Source of the DNA: Octopus bimaculoides
Lineage: Eukaryota
Reading direction: 5' to 3'
DNA: 64,000 nt
Assembly (NCBI RefSeq): GCF_001194135.2
Contig: NC_068983.1
Location: 86,993,285 to 87,057,284 of the forward strand
Each line of letters opens with the position of its first letter. The stretch's first letter is position 1. Under the pieces are notes generated by a model. That model did no database searches, was not told the DNA's origin, and saw nothing but the letters and a program-made list of their open reading frames with translations. A program made the position numbers and the translations under genes. This document shows positions 11,955 through 25,944 of the stretch, in pieces.

Positions 11955-12064
11955 CGCAGTATGGCTGAAAGGTGAAGAAGTCTGCTTCGCAAGCACGAGC
12001 TCCAGGGTTCGAACTCATCAGCCCAACATGGCATGTTGGGCTGATGTCATTTTTTTTTTTTTTT
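11955..12064 (+). ncRNA. tRNA-like SINE head followed by a perfect hairpin and oligo-T
   Basis: A-box-like tggctgaaagg, anticodon-arm-like tgcttcgcaagca, B-box ggttcgaactc. Palindrome catcagcccaacatg-g-catgttgggctgatg at 12016-12046 and a T-run at 12050-12064. Confidence 0.45.
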
Positions 12065-13023
12065 GCATCCTGTCGGCCCATACATTGTAGTTGAAAATAG
12101 GTAGTGAGAAAGTACACAGAATCCCCTCGGATTCATTGTATCCGTTATTCAAAAGATGTAGCCTTGCTTAGACATTGTGTCATGCTGACTCTACCTGAGA
12201 AACATATTAAGGCTGCATGCGTTTGTGCAATGCTCAGCAACTTACACGTCAATTCAGGAGCAGATAATTTAGTCGATCAGACAACTGAATCCTCGTTATT
12301 GAAAGGTGTGTGTGTTTGTGTGCGCGCGCATCGACCCCACTACTTTCTCCAGTCTGATAATTATTTTATCAATTTCTATTTCTCGAACTATCACATAATT
12401 AGGAACAAAGAAACACCACATAAACGATACCAGTTAACCAGTGTAAACAAAGTAAATTGATCTCTTGATTTCTACAATGAGGATTTCGTTATTCCGTCAA
12501 CTGAACTACCTACTCATTAAATTAGCATAAAAGCGACTGAGTATTCCGTATGTGTACTCTTACTGTAATATTCCGACAGAATCAGTGCGACACACCATGT
12601 GATAAAACCAGAACTTTGAAGTACAGATCTAATCGATCTTCCTCCAATTTATATTTTGCTTTTAAACGGCTTTAAGAGACGTTATTTTGGACCAATACCG
12701 CAGTAACTTGTCTTTCAACGATGTATTTACATTAAATATACAAAGATGGCAATTTTAATTTAATACTACTGCAATTGCATATACCGGATTTTTATTCAGC
12801 TGGAAGGTTATTCGTCATATCATAGAATTTTTTATTGTTTCTTATATAGGAGGCGATAAATTTCGTCTTGGTGTATGGCTAAAATGCATCTGGCATTCTC
12901 ACTAGCCACTGCAAAGATGATTCTTCGTCTCTCTCCGATATATATTCTGTTTTTAAACGTTCATAAAAGATGATGTCTCGGACTTACACTGCAGTAACTG
13001 GGCTTTCAACGACGTATATATGC

Positions 13024-13275
13024 ATGAAGTACAATATATGGATGGCGCGTGGCCTAGTAGTTAGGCTGTCGTGGGTTCAATTCCCAGACCGGGCGGTGCG
13101 TTGTGTTCTTGAGAAAAGCACTCCTGTCCCCCATCTCGATCAGGTGGTAAATGTTGGCCTGCTCGCTTAGCTAGCAGGGTGGTGTCATTCGAAGGCTAAA
13201 CCAATGCGAAGCGCATTGTGACCAGCGTTGTGTAACAGCATCTGATAGTCTGGTCGGTCACGTGATCACATGACA
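13024..13275 (+). mobile_element. tRNA-derived SINE, family C
   Basis: ggcgcgtggcctagtagttagg...ggttcaattcccagaccggg head, followed by a tgtgttcttgagaaaagcact CORE-like segment. Confidence 0.7.
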
Positions 13276-13739
13276 TGGATGGCTATTCTAATTTAAGACT
13301 ACTTCTATTGCGTATACCGAGCTTCCAGTTTCCGACAATCCAGTTTCACTCACAGGAGTTGTTTCTATTTGAGCTTAGAATTAAAGATTCTCGGCCAAGA
13401 TGACATGCAATGATATCAAACCCAGCGCCACGCGATGATGTAGCAAACTTCTTAACCATTTGTCCATGCTGCGTTGACGGTGAAACATAGGCACACACCG
13501 TTCAGTTTCTGGATAACTCGAAATCAGAGTAGAAGGTCTTTCTAAGGTACCGCACAGTGGGATCAAACCTAGAACCACACGGTTGCAAAACGAACTGTTT
13601 AACTTCATGACTATAACTAAAGAAATGGTTCACTAAAATTGTTGAAGTTTTCTAGAAATTAGTTGAATTCGAACCCATACACACAAGTCGTATAAGTAAT
13701 CAACGCTTGCCCACACGACCATCAAGTTCTACACATTCT

Positions 13740-14108
13740 TTTATTCTTTTGCAGGCTGGAGTACCCCCTTGAAGGGCTTAGTCGAACAAACTGACTCCTG
13801 TACTTTTTTTTAAAAAGCCTGGTACTTATTCTCTAGGTCATATTCGCTGAACCGCTAAGTTATGGGGATGTAAATGAATTAACGGGTATCCAGTGGTGGA
13901 CGAGCGAGGGACGATCACATAGACGCCCGCAAACACACGCGCGCGCGAATGGGTACTCAAGCAGTTTCCGTCAAGCAAATCCACTCACATAGCATTGCCT
14001 GGCCCGGGGTTATAGTAGAAGACACATGTCCAAAGTGTTGAACAGTAGGACTGAACCTGAAACTACATGATTACGAAGCAAACTTCCTAACCATACAGTC
14101 ATGCCTGC
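13740..14108 (-). mobile_element. tRNA-derived SINE family D, degenerate
   Basis: Reverse complement matches the + copy at 23283-23722. Confidence 0.75.
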
Positions 14109-14619
14109 TAAGTTAGTGTTAATTTACTTTATCTAGTGAGCATTAATATAACCAATTAGAAATATGCGTTAAAAAATTGATTTTTTAAAATCTCTTCGAC
14201 AATTACGGGAGACAACCTAAGACATGTTTTGGTCTTATTAGATCTCTTCATTGAATCATAGATTTCACCGTACTTGCTGAAGTGGCAATGAGAAACACTA
14301 ACAGTATTATATTGTACATGACTAGGCGGGAAAATTAGCATATTTTAAAAACTAAGTAACTTGGTGTATATTTTACTCATAGACACCATTCACACGATAA
14401 AGAATAATAATGTTGGGTTAGCATATTTAATGTACTGTTATCATGCGTCGTTCCTAAACCACAAAACCAACATTCTAGCTTCCGATAGGAGTGTTCCAAT
14501 AGTGAAAGTTGTAATAAAAATAAATTATTATCATTATTGAGGTCGACGTTCCCTTTCATCCGTTCGAGGTTGATGTACTCGACTAGTCCCCTCCCCACAA
14601 ATTGCAGGCCCTGTGCCTA

Positions 14620-15347
<728 letters not shown>

Positions 15348-15780
15348 GCAATCGTTAGCGCACTGGACGAAATGCTTAACGGTATTTCGCCTGTTGCTGC
15401 GTTCTGAGTTCAAATTCTGCCGAGGTTGACTTTGCCTTCCATCATTTCGGGTCGATAAATTAAGTGCCAGTGGAATACTGGGTTGATGTTATCGATTTAA
15501 CTCCTCACCCCAAATTTCAGACCTTGTACCTATAATAGAAAGGGTTATTATTGTTGTCATTATTATTATTATTGCTGGCAGAATCGTTAGCTAGTCGGAC
15601 AAAATGTTTAGCAGTATCACAGTTTTGCGTTTCGAGTTCGAATACTGCCCAGGTCGACTTTACCTTTCATCCCTTCGGGGTCGATAAAATAAGTACCAGT
15701 TGAGCACTGAAGTCGATGCAATCGACTAATCCCCTCCCCATGAAATTGTCGGCCTTGTGTCAAAAAAGGATTATTATTGT
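15348..15780 (+). mobile_element. Two head-to-tail SINE family A copies
   Basis: Both match 1671-1885 and are joined by an (ATT)n tail. Confidence 0.85.
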
Positions 15781-16264
15781 TGTTGATGCCATAAGAAAAA
15801 CCACAAACATACTTAACTATTCTGAAAGATTTTTTATTTCTCTCCAGTTCAAATGCTACGTCCTATAAATTAAATCAAACTTGGATGTTAATTGAAAAGA
15901 AAACAACAGCCACATTTTTGCTATCAAAGCACTTCATTATAATCACACAACTTACTGTGAGAATGAAATTTTTGTTTGCTTTCATTTCGAAATTCTTTCT
16001 GAAATACAATTAATCAATTATACTTTCATTTCCCACCTCATAAAGTAAATTATATCGGACGTTCATTGCTTTTGTTTTCATATTCCTCTGTGTGTGTGTG
16101 TGTGAATGTGTGTGCGTGTGTAGATAGACAGATAGGTAGGTCAATAGATAGGCAGACAGACAGATAGACAGATAGATAGATAGACAGAAAAGCGAGAAAG
16201 GAAGCGATAGATATGCATTGTATACACACATTCAAATATACGTATCCATACATGCATAGAGAGA

Positions 16265-16304
<40 letters not shown>

Positions 16305-16424
16305 TCGTGAGGAGTTCAGCGTCAATAGAGAATGAAGTAGATTTCTTCCTTTTATTATATTTTTGGTTTTGTTTCAAATTTGCGTTTTCTTGTCTTTCTT
16401 CGTTTTGTGTCACTATTAGCTTAC

Positions 16425-16560
16425 CATAGTTCAAATCATCTAACATTAAGGCAAGTAGTTGTGGTTCGGTTTGCCCAACACGAAATTGTTCAGCTGTCGA
16501 TAGCTCGCCCCGGCTGTGTATTGAAATTTGGTGAGCAGGTGGCAGCGGTTCAACCAATGA
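16425..16560 (-). other. Candidate exon
   Basis: Strong donor ATG|GTAAGC at 16424 and acceptor ttgcag at 16561. One open frame, SLVEPLPPAH...LLALMLDDLNY. No homology recognised. Confidence 0.3.
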
Positions 16561-16813
16561 CTGCAACTATTCATATTAAAAAAATTTAAATCAGCCCTCT
16601 CTCTGTCTCTATCTATCTACCCACATACATTATATATATATATCTGACTCAATCTTTGTTGCTTTCTTCCTCTATCCTTCACACTTTGTTTAATTACCCC
16701 CCCCTCTCTCTCTTTCTCTGTTTATATTTTATTTCCAATTTTTATACTTTCTGTCACTGATCTTTTCCTTTTTCTCCACACTATTTAATTTATACTGTCA
16801 CTCTGTGGCCCAA

Positions 16814-16845
<32 letters not shown>

Positions 16846-17819
16846 TCTCTCATATCTCAGTCTTTCTTATTGCTTTTTCTCTTCATGCATTTTTCTTTTT
16901 ATTTCACCCTCCCTCATCGCTGGATTTGTTTTTCAGTCTTTGTCTCTTTGTCTTTCACTCACTCTCTTGGCACACACACACACGCATATATATATACTTA
17001 ATGTCACCTCCACCTTTTTTGTTCAACACCTCTTCCTTGTGAGTGTGCGCACACCATAGTCTCTCTCCCTCTCTTCTCCCTTTCTCTCGCTGTCTTCTTT
17101 ATATCTCGTTTTCTGGCTCCTCTCATTCATAAACTCCTACCTTCGATTATATTTGCCCTTTCACTTTCGCCAGCAGAAAAAAAAAATAGCATATTTTGTA
17201 TTGAAAAATAAGTGGTGTGTGAAATAACACCTTTTTTTATCTGCAGCAGATTGATTTTTCGCGAGAAAAATATTATTTAAATATTAGAAAATTAAATATT
17301 ATTATTATTAAAATTGTATTTAAATATACAACTTTGAAAATTAAATCTAAAACTATTTTTGCACGACTTTATTTCACAGGAAGTTATTAAGTTTCTGATC
17401 GATTATGCAAGGATGATATAATTTGAGGAATATTTTGTTACTATTTCTAACCAGATAAGTGACTGCTTAGTTGCACTTTTCAGAGGCTTTGTCTGAGAGC
17501 GTATATGTGAATTTTCTCACAAACTTCAGTCTCGAAAGAAAGGAAGCAAAAATGTAGCTATGAGACTACATGAGTATAATTCATTTCATAATGTCAATAC
17601 TGAAATATTTAAAGCCATGCATATAAAAATGTACCTACGTTTGTTGACAGAATTAGTAACAAGGAGAGAAGAAAAAAGAAATAAATGTATGTACATTAAT
17701 GTGTGTGTGTGTGTGTACTTTTATTCTTTTACTTGTTTTAGTCAGCCATACTGGAGCACCGCCTTAAAGGGTTTTAGTCGAACAAATCGACCCCCAGGAC
17801 TTATTCTTTGTAATTTATA

Positions 17820-17881
<62 letters not shown>

Positions 17882-18599
17882 CACACACACTGGAATAGAC
17901 TGACAAACAGATAGTTTCACTGAAATATAAAGATAGCGAGATACAAGATAAAATATAATACAAAGAAAGGAAGAAAAAAAACGCGCAGAAACAAGACAAA
18001 GTGTAACAAAGTCAGACAGGCAAAGAACCAGGGAGAGGTGAAAACAGAGACGGTGAAACAAAAAGAGACTGAAACATATAAAGAAAGAAGTGGGGTTGAA
18101 GTAGAGAGAGAAATAATGATTTAAAGAAGATGAGAAATAAACAAAAACAAAGTTTGTATGGCTTAACTAGAAAACTAACTAACAAAAGAGGATAAAGATA
18201 TCTATCCTATAGAATTCTGTTTTGCAATACATACAGGTCACAGAGATTAAAGATAATCCCGTTGTCTTCAAATACACATATTTAAAGAAAAAACGGGTGC
18301 AAATAATATTTAAAATACATTTCTAAAGATACACAGAGGTATATCCCAATTAAGTGAAGGGTATGGTCGATTACATCAATCCTAGTACACGTGCTATCGT
18401 GTACTTATTTTATCAATCCCTATCGAACGGATAAGTAACTTATGACAGGTAGTGTCAGAACTTGACACACTTGTGGTTTGCACAAACAAACATTCACACG
18501 CACGCATTCCCACTGATACACACACACACACACATCAACGAATTTAGGGTACAGATAGTTCACTAGAGCTTGGTTCCCAGATTTGCTCCTATTCATCAT

Positions 18600-19300
18600 A
18601 ATCCATAATAGAAGAATTTAAGACCAGTTCCCATGTAAGCTTTCAGTGGATTCTGTAGCAGAACAAAGAAAGAAGTTCCAGATATGGAAGCAAAACCTGG
18701 AATCAATGGGCCTTAATGTTAACTTAGCACAAGCCAAATTTCTAGTTAGCAGGAAAACAGACAGGACTTTACACCCATCAAGAAAATGGCCCTACTTGAT
18801 ACATATGAAAAGTGTAGGTATAAATTCCATATCGTATACTCAGTGCAAGCTATAGACACAAGAGGTGTAGTTGTAGTAAAATCACAAGAAGGTTAATGGG
18901 GAGGTAGGTTTGTATGAGGAAGACGTGCCAATGCAATAAACACTAAGAAGACATTAAAAATAAAATACTCTCAAATGCTCAGGAAGTTTCCTAGAAGTAG
19001 AAGATAGTTTCCATTATCTAGAAGACCTAACTATCAGTGGAGGAGGATGTTCTGCAAGTATAATTGCTAAAATAAGAATAGGGTATAGAAAATTCTGTGA
19101 GTTAATACCACTGTTAGTAGCAAAAGGTCTCTCTCTCTCTGAGTAAAAGGCAAACTGTATGATGCTTATGTATGAACAGCAATGCTACATGGTAATGAGA
19201 CATAAGTCCTGAACGCAGAGGTCATGTGACGATTAGAAATGAATGAATGAAGCTAGTATGCTCTTCTGGATAAGCAACATCAATGAGCATGTATGACAAA
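18600..19300 (+). mobile_element. RTE-clade LINE RT C-terminal fragment
   Basis: Reads DSVAEQRKKFQIWKQNLESMGLNVNLA...KWP..KSVGINSI.YTQCKL, then VEDSFHYL...SGGGCS..KGLSL.VKGKLYDA. The YADD region is deleted. Confidence 0.85.
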
Positions 19301-22109
19301 AGGTGGACCCTAAAACCATTATATTTATGCCTATGTATTCACCATCCCCTGCTCCTGTACCCAGTATGTTACTGTCAAGCTTTCAGCTAACACTCATTCC
19401 TCCATCACCTAACAACAGTTATTGTTCAGCTACTGTAATCTTATGACAGCAGAATCTGCACACATTTGTTCCCCTTAGTGCTGCTAGTTTCCTACTTCTT
19501 TTCCTTTAGCAGCTATCTAATATCTAGTATACTCTGTAACGTGGCTGATGTTAGGAAGGGTATCTGGCTTTAGAAACCATACCATTACAGATACTGGAGT
19601 TTAACACAGCAAAATCCATTTTGTTGGATCCTGTCAAACTATCCAATCCATATCAGCATAAAAAACAGATTACCACATATTCAGCATGAATGACCCAACA
19701 CAGTAGCAGATGCAGAACATAAACAGACACCACTGAATGACCAATGCCCATACAGACACAAAACATGCCCAGTTCTACCTCATCACATTGACACAGTATT
19801 TCCCCTGTTTATTTTATTCTTCACCAACTCGAAGCAAGTTGGTAATGTCATGTACTGAATTTTTTGGTGTATACAAGTAATTTAAACCACAATCCGATGC
19901 TTTCCCATTGTTTTACTTTGATGTCATTCACATGCATATTTCATCTGCTACCTCAACATCCTTTGCTACACCTTTCCCACTACACATGCATGGTGGCTGT
20001 CTGCTCCTTGCAGAGCTTGATCTCTTCTTGTACCTACAATTACTCTTTCCTAGCATGAGATCTTAAATTACTTTTGAGCCCTGAAAGGTGTTTGAAGAGC
20101 TTATTACATATTCAGCATTGACTCCATTTTCTGCAAGTTTATTTTGAATATTCAAGTACTGTGTCATTCCTCCACATGACTTGCAGGTTTTTAAAATTCT
20201 TTGACAGACATTGCATTAAAACTAGTCATCCAGAACAAAATTTCAATAGTTCAAGTATGCCTTATCCACATGGGCATGCTAGTGCAACCTCATACAGGCA
20301 TAAGATATGCATACTTTTGTGCATAAAGAACATTTAAAGAAGGAATGAGAAGAATTTGTGGGGGTGGGTAGATAGATACATACATACATAATTAGATGGA
20401 GAGAGAGAGAGACAGACAAACAGATAGATAGTTAGATAAACAGATAGATAGTTAGATAACCAGATAGACACAGGTGAGGGTGTGTGATTAAGAAGTTTGC
20501 TTCTTAACTCAATGACTATGTGTTTATTCCCAGTGCATAATACTTTGAACAAAGTGTTTTCTCCCATAGCCCTTGGTGAACCAAAGCCTAGTAAATGGAA
20601 CTGATATATGGAAACTGAAAGAAGCAAATTGTGTGTGTGTGTGTGTGTGTATACACACATATATTATCATCATCATCATAAACTGATATCCATGTTCCAT
20701 GCTGGCATGGGTTGGACAAAAATGTTCTGGTAGCAGTGTGTGTGTGTGTTTGTGCCTCCTTGTCTTGACATCACATGTTAGTTGTAATGAGTGTCACAGT
20801 TATAGAAGCAGTCTTGTTTTGTTCATTTCCAGAATTCAATAAAAGCATGTCTGGCCATGGGAAAATATTGTCTTGCTTGGAAACAGGTAAGGACTAGCAA
20901 GAAGGAGGAAGGCCATCAGGCCAGAGTAAATCTGCTGCAATAAACTTCCTCTGGTCCATGCAAGCAAGGAAGAGACATTAAACTGATGATGAAGATGATG
21001 GCATACATACATACAAACACACATACAAGCATACATACATACACTCATGCACGCGCGCGCGCACACACACACACACACACACGCATCACATAAGTTTAAC
21101 ACCATCACATTGTGTACCTTTTGCTGAGTCAACTCTGAGGCAAGCATTCAGGCCAGGTCTCCAATCTGAGTGTAGCTTCCTCCCTTGTTCCCACCAGTTT
21201 TGGTAGCTCTGAAAAAGAGTCATGGGCACTGCATTGTCTCCTAATTGAAAAATTACACACACCACACACATAAAATCTTATGTACTGATATAAATGAATC
21301 TATATATAAATATGCAGATGCTTAGAGAGAGAAAGAGGTTAGAGACAAACAGATAGGCAAGTAGATGGAAGGAAGGAAGGAAGGAAATATGGATGGCCAG
21401 ACAGGCAAACAGACAGTCAAATACAAAAGTATACATGTAGATGGCTAAGTAGCAAGATAGACAGACAAAAAGATGATGTAGATAGGTAACTTACTTGCTA
21501 GCTAGATATATTAATAACCAGATAGATAGGAAGATTAAAAGCTAAAAAAAAAAAAAAGAGAGAGATTAAGCCTGCTTTATAATTCCCAAAAGAACTTGAT
21601 GGTGTATAACAAGATCAGTGACCTAAATTCTAGGCTGGAAACTCAAAATATTTTTAGGGCTTTCTAGTTCAAACTTTCTATGTCAGCAGTAGACAGGTCG
21701 GTCAGTCAAGTTTAATCTGTAACAACCAGCTGAGTTTGAATATAATACCACAGCTCAATTAACTCATCTTTGTTTGCAGTGCATTAATATACTAACAACT
21801 GATCTCTACACAGTAAAATTGTACATGATAATTCATTTTTCTTCACAGAAGCTCAAATGTTGCAAGAGGGTACTATAATCAATTGAATCACTATCTACCA
21901 GTTCACCTAGTATACTATATATAACTGGTTGTATTATATTAGTACAGTTACCTCATTTCTCCCTGTCATTGAGGAAACAACAGATAATGCTGAAGCTTTG
22001 TGTGATTCAACTTTTACATTGTGCTGAAATGAAATTTACATTGTAAAGCATTTAGTCTGAAACTCTATTGTCACCTTCATTGCCATTACATCATTTATAC
22101 TGATATAAT

Positions 22110-23005
22110 TGATAATCCTTTCTGCTGGAGGCACAAGGCCTCAGATTTGGGGGAGAGGACGAGTCGATTACATCAACCCAGTGTTTCACTGGTACTTAAT
22201 TTATCGACCCCAAAAAGGATGAAAGGCAAGGTCAACCTCAGTGGAATCTGAGCTCAGAACGTAGCAACAGGTGAAATACTGCTAAGCATTTCATCCAAAA
22301 TGCTACCGATTCTGCCAGCTTGCCACCAGACTGATATAATTAATAATACTAATAATAATTTCTAACTTCGGTACAAGGCCAATAATTTTGAAAGAAGTAA
22401 TTTAGTAAAATGCATTGACTCTAGCTCTTGAGATGTGGTTAAATTTTATGGACTTCAAACAGACAAAAGTAAAGTTGACCTCAGTAGGATTTGAACTCAA
22501 AATATGAAGAGCTGAAAGCAATAACACAAAGCATTTCTTCTAACTCTCTTAAGCACAAGACCAGCAATTCTGAGGGGAAGGGGAGCAGTTATTGCATCAG
22601 CTCCACAACTTGGCTGGTTCATTATTTTGCTTAGCCTAAAAGGATGAAAGGAAAAATTGAACTCAATGGGATTCAAACTTTGCTTTTCATTCCTTTGTGG
22701 GATGGGATCAAGAGTCTAATGTACTGATTTAACCCTTTCTCTTAAAATTGCAAATTTTGTGCTTAAATCAGAAACCAATAACAATAATAATTCTAATTTT
22801 TGGCACAAGGCCAGTAATTTTTAGGGGAGGGTATAATTGATTACACTTACCCCAGTGCTCAACTGGTACTTATTTTATTGAACCCAAAATGATGAAAGGC
22901 AAAGTCTATCTTGGTCGTACTTGAAGTCAGAACATAAAGACAGACAAAATACCACTAAGCTTTTTGCCTCATGTGCTAAGAATTCTGACAGCTCACTGCC
23001 TTACC
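22110..23005 (-). mobile_element. Head-to-tail array of about four degenerate SINE family A copies
   Basis: Repeated gatgaaaggcaaagt..../ctgccagct units separated by (AAT)n. CpGs are decayed. Confidence 0.8.
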
Positions 23006-23282
23006 AACAACAATATTAATAAAAGCAGATTATTTTAATCAAAGAGAAGCTAATTTTGTGTAGTGGTTGATTACCATATGCAGCATAGATTTCTTTATAG
23101 ATATTTGCAATAACAAGTCCTCATATGTTGAATTTTTATGGAAATTTCTAAACATGGCAAGGATTTATATATAATAAAATATTAGACTTTTGCAAATCAG
23201 TCATGTTTCTGTTCACACAGAAAGTCTTATTCATATTTTAACTACAACAATTTTTTTTTTTTTGAAAATGTGGTAATTGTGT

Positions 23283-23722
23283 GCAGGTGTGTGTAGTAAG
23301 AAGTTTGCTTCCCAACCATAAGGTTCTGAGTTCAGTGCCACTGTATGGCACTTGGGCAAGTGTCTTCTACTATAGCCTCGATGATCAAAGCCTTGAGAGT
23401 TGATTTGATAGATGGAAATTGGAAGAAGCCTGACAGATATATATTTATACATACATGTTTGTGTGTGTGTGTGTGCGTGTGTATGTGTGCATGCATGTGT
23501 GTATGTGTGTGTCTTTGTGTTTGTGTTTGACACCACTGCTTGACAACCAATGTTAGTCTGTTTATGTGTCCATAACCTAGTAGTTCAGCAAAAAGAAATG
23601 ATAAAATAAGTACCAAGCTTCAAAAAATAAGTACTGGAGACAATTTGTTCAGCTAAAACCCTTGAAGGTGGTGCCTCAGCATGGCCATAGTCAAATGAGT
23701 GAAACAAGTAAAAGATAAAAGA
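23283..23722 (+). mobile_element. tRNA-derived SINE family D, near full length with internal (GT)n
   Basis: Head gtgtgtagtaagaagtttgcttcccaaccataaggttctgagttcagtgccac. Tail ccagcatggccatagtcaaatgagtgaaacaagtaaaag. Confidence 0.85.
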
Positions 23723-24022
23723 CTATATAAGTATTGTAAATAGTTTAAATATTTTATTTCTAAGATGTACTATAACCCCTTCAAAGACCCAGCAGCCCCA
23801 CAGTGGTTCCTTGATATTTACTATCCCCATATAAGCTTGTAATACCCCAAAGGGGCCCTACCACTTGGATTCTGAACCACTGCTTTAGGTGGATAAAACC
23901 TTAAGAATGTTATCAATGTAATTTTCCTATTTGCCTCAAGGGCTACACAAATAGAATATCACAATAGAGTACAAAGAAACTACATGGGATCATGCACATC
24001 GCATTAACATATATGCATATAA

Positions 24023-24062
<40 letters not shown>

Positions 24063-24406
24063 TGTTATATTTCAGGATGTTCATTTGTTTTTGTCAAATA
24101 AACACACGCATTATATATTTGTTCTTCACTCATTTATTACTGTTCTTATTTCATCTTATGCCCATTGTGCAGAAATCTTTCATCACACATCTGTGACCTC
24201 TTCAGCGGCCCTTTTCTGCCCATGTGTATCCTCCTGCTCCACTTGGTCCAATAAGAACAGTAATAAATGAGTGAACAACAAATATATAATGTGTTTATTT
24301 CACACGCACAAAAAAAAAAAAAATGACTATCCCAAAATATAACAATATCTGTTTCAACACAAGATTTCACATCAGGCATCTTGCAACACACACACACATA
24401 TGTATG

Positions 24407-24450
<44 letters not shown>

Positions 24451-24944
24451 TGTATGTATATGTATGTGTGTGTATATATATATAAATATATATATATATG
24501 TATGNNNNNNNNNNNNNNNNNNNNNNNNNNNNNNNNNNNNNNNNNNNNNNNNNNNNNNNNNNNNNNNNNNNNNNNNNNNNNNNNNNNNNNNNNNNNNNNN
24601 NNNNNNNNNNNNNNNNNNNNNNNNNNNNNNNNNNNNNNNNNNNNNNNNNNNNNNNNNNNNNNNNNNNNNNNNNNNNNNNNNNNNNNNNNNNNNNNNNNNN
24701 NNNNNNNNNNNNNNNNNNNNNNNNNNNNNNNNNNNNNNNNNNNNNNNNNNNNNNNNNNNNNNNNNNNNNNNNNNNNNNNNNNNNNNNNNNNNNNNNNNNN
24801 NNNNNNNNNNNNNNNNNNNNNNNNNNNNNNNNNNNNNNNNNNNNNNNNNNNNNNNNNNNNNNNNNNNNNNNNNNNNNNNNNNNNNNNNNNNNNNNNNNNN
24901 NNNNNNNNNNNNNNNNNNNNNNNNNNNNNNNNNNNNNNNNNNNN

Positions 24945-24977
<33 letters not shown>

Positions 24978-25680
24978 TATAAATACATATAAACATCTAT
25001 CTATATACACACACACATAATACTTCCGTTATAATTAAAATAAAAGACACAATAGTGAAGTCGTTTTATAAGCCTTGAATCATACTTTTAAGCCTATTAC
25101 TCAAACTTTACTGCATCAGTAATTCTACAGAAACTTCCTATGTACATCGTATAAAAGACCTGAAATTATTTTTGACAGAGTCGACATAGCTGAAATCTAG
25201 TGATGAATATATACACAATCATTTTAGCAGCAGCACCCATGTGATTTTTCAATGTTTGCGTTATTCCAACTAAACACAAGGCGACTATATATCGACATTA
25301 CTTAGTTGGAAATGACTCACTTAATTCTAGCCAAAAGAAACTTTCACAAACTTGATTAGAAATGCGATTAAAAAATAATTTATATTACAGATGAGGTATT
25401 CTAGTAATCTCAATAGAATGTGGTGGGTGACTAACAAGCTTTAAAACGTAGAGAAAAGAGCTAAGCGCTAAAATTAAAGGAAACCTACTTATAAAACGAA
25501 AAAGAAGATAGGAAGGAAATAGTAAATACAGTAGAGCTATGGAAAACGCCCAAATAGACACATTGACAATCTGGTTAGCTCAGCTATACGAAGCTACTAC
25601 AGTTAGACGAGAACCCTATCTAGGTAGATACACACACGCACACATACATACATTATATTTTGCTTATTTCAGTCATTAAA

Positions 25681-25895
25681 ATCTTTTCTACTCTAGGCAG
25701 AAGGTCCGAAATTTTTTGGTAGGGGGCCAGTTGACTAGATCGACCCCAGTACGCAACTGATACTTAATTTATCGACCCCCGAAAGATGAAAGGCAAAGTC
25801 GACCTCGGCGAAATATGAACTCAAAACATAAAGACTGACGAAATATCGCTAAGCATTTCGTCCGGTATGCTAACGTTTCTGCCAGCTCGCCGCAT
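25681..25895 (-). mobile_element. SINE family A
   Basis: Reverse complement of 1671-1885 with CpGs retained. Confidence 0.88.
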
Positions 25896-25944
25896 TAAAC
25901 TATAAATACCGTTTATTAAATACATTTATTAAATTGCAGCCACG

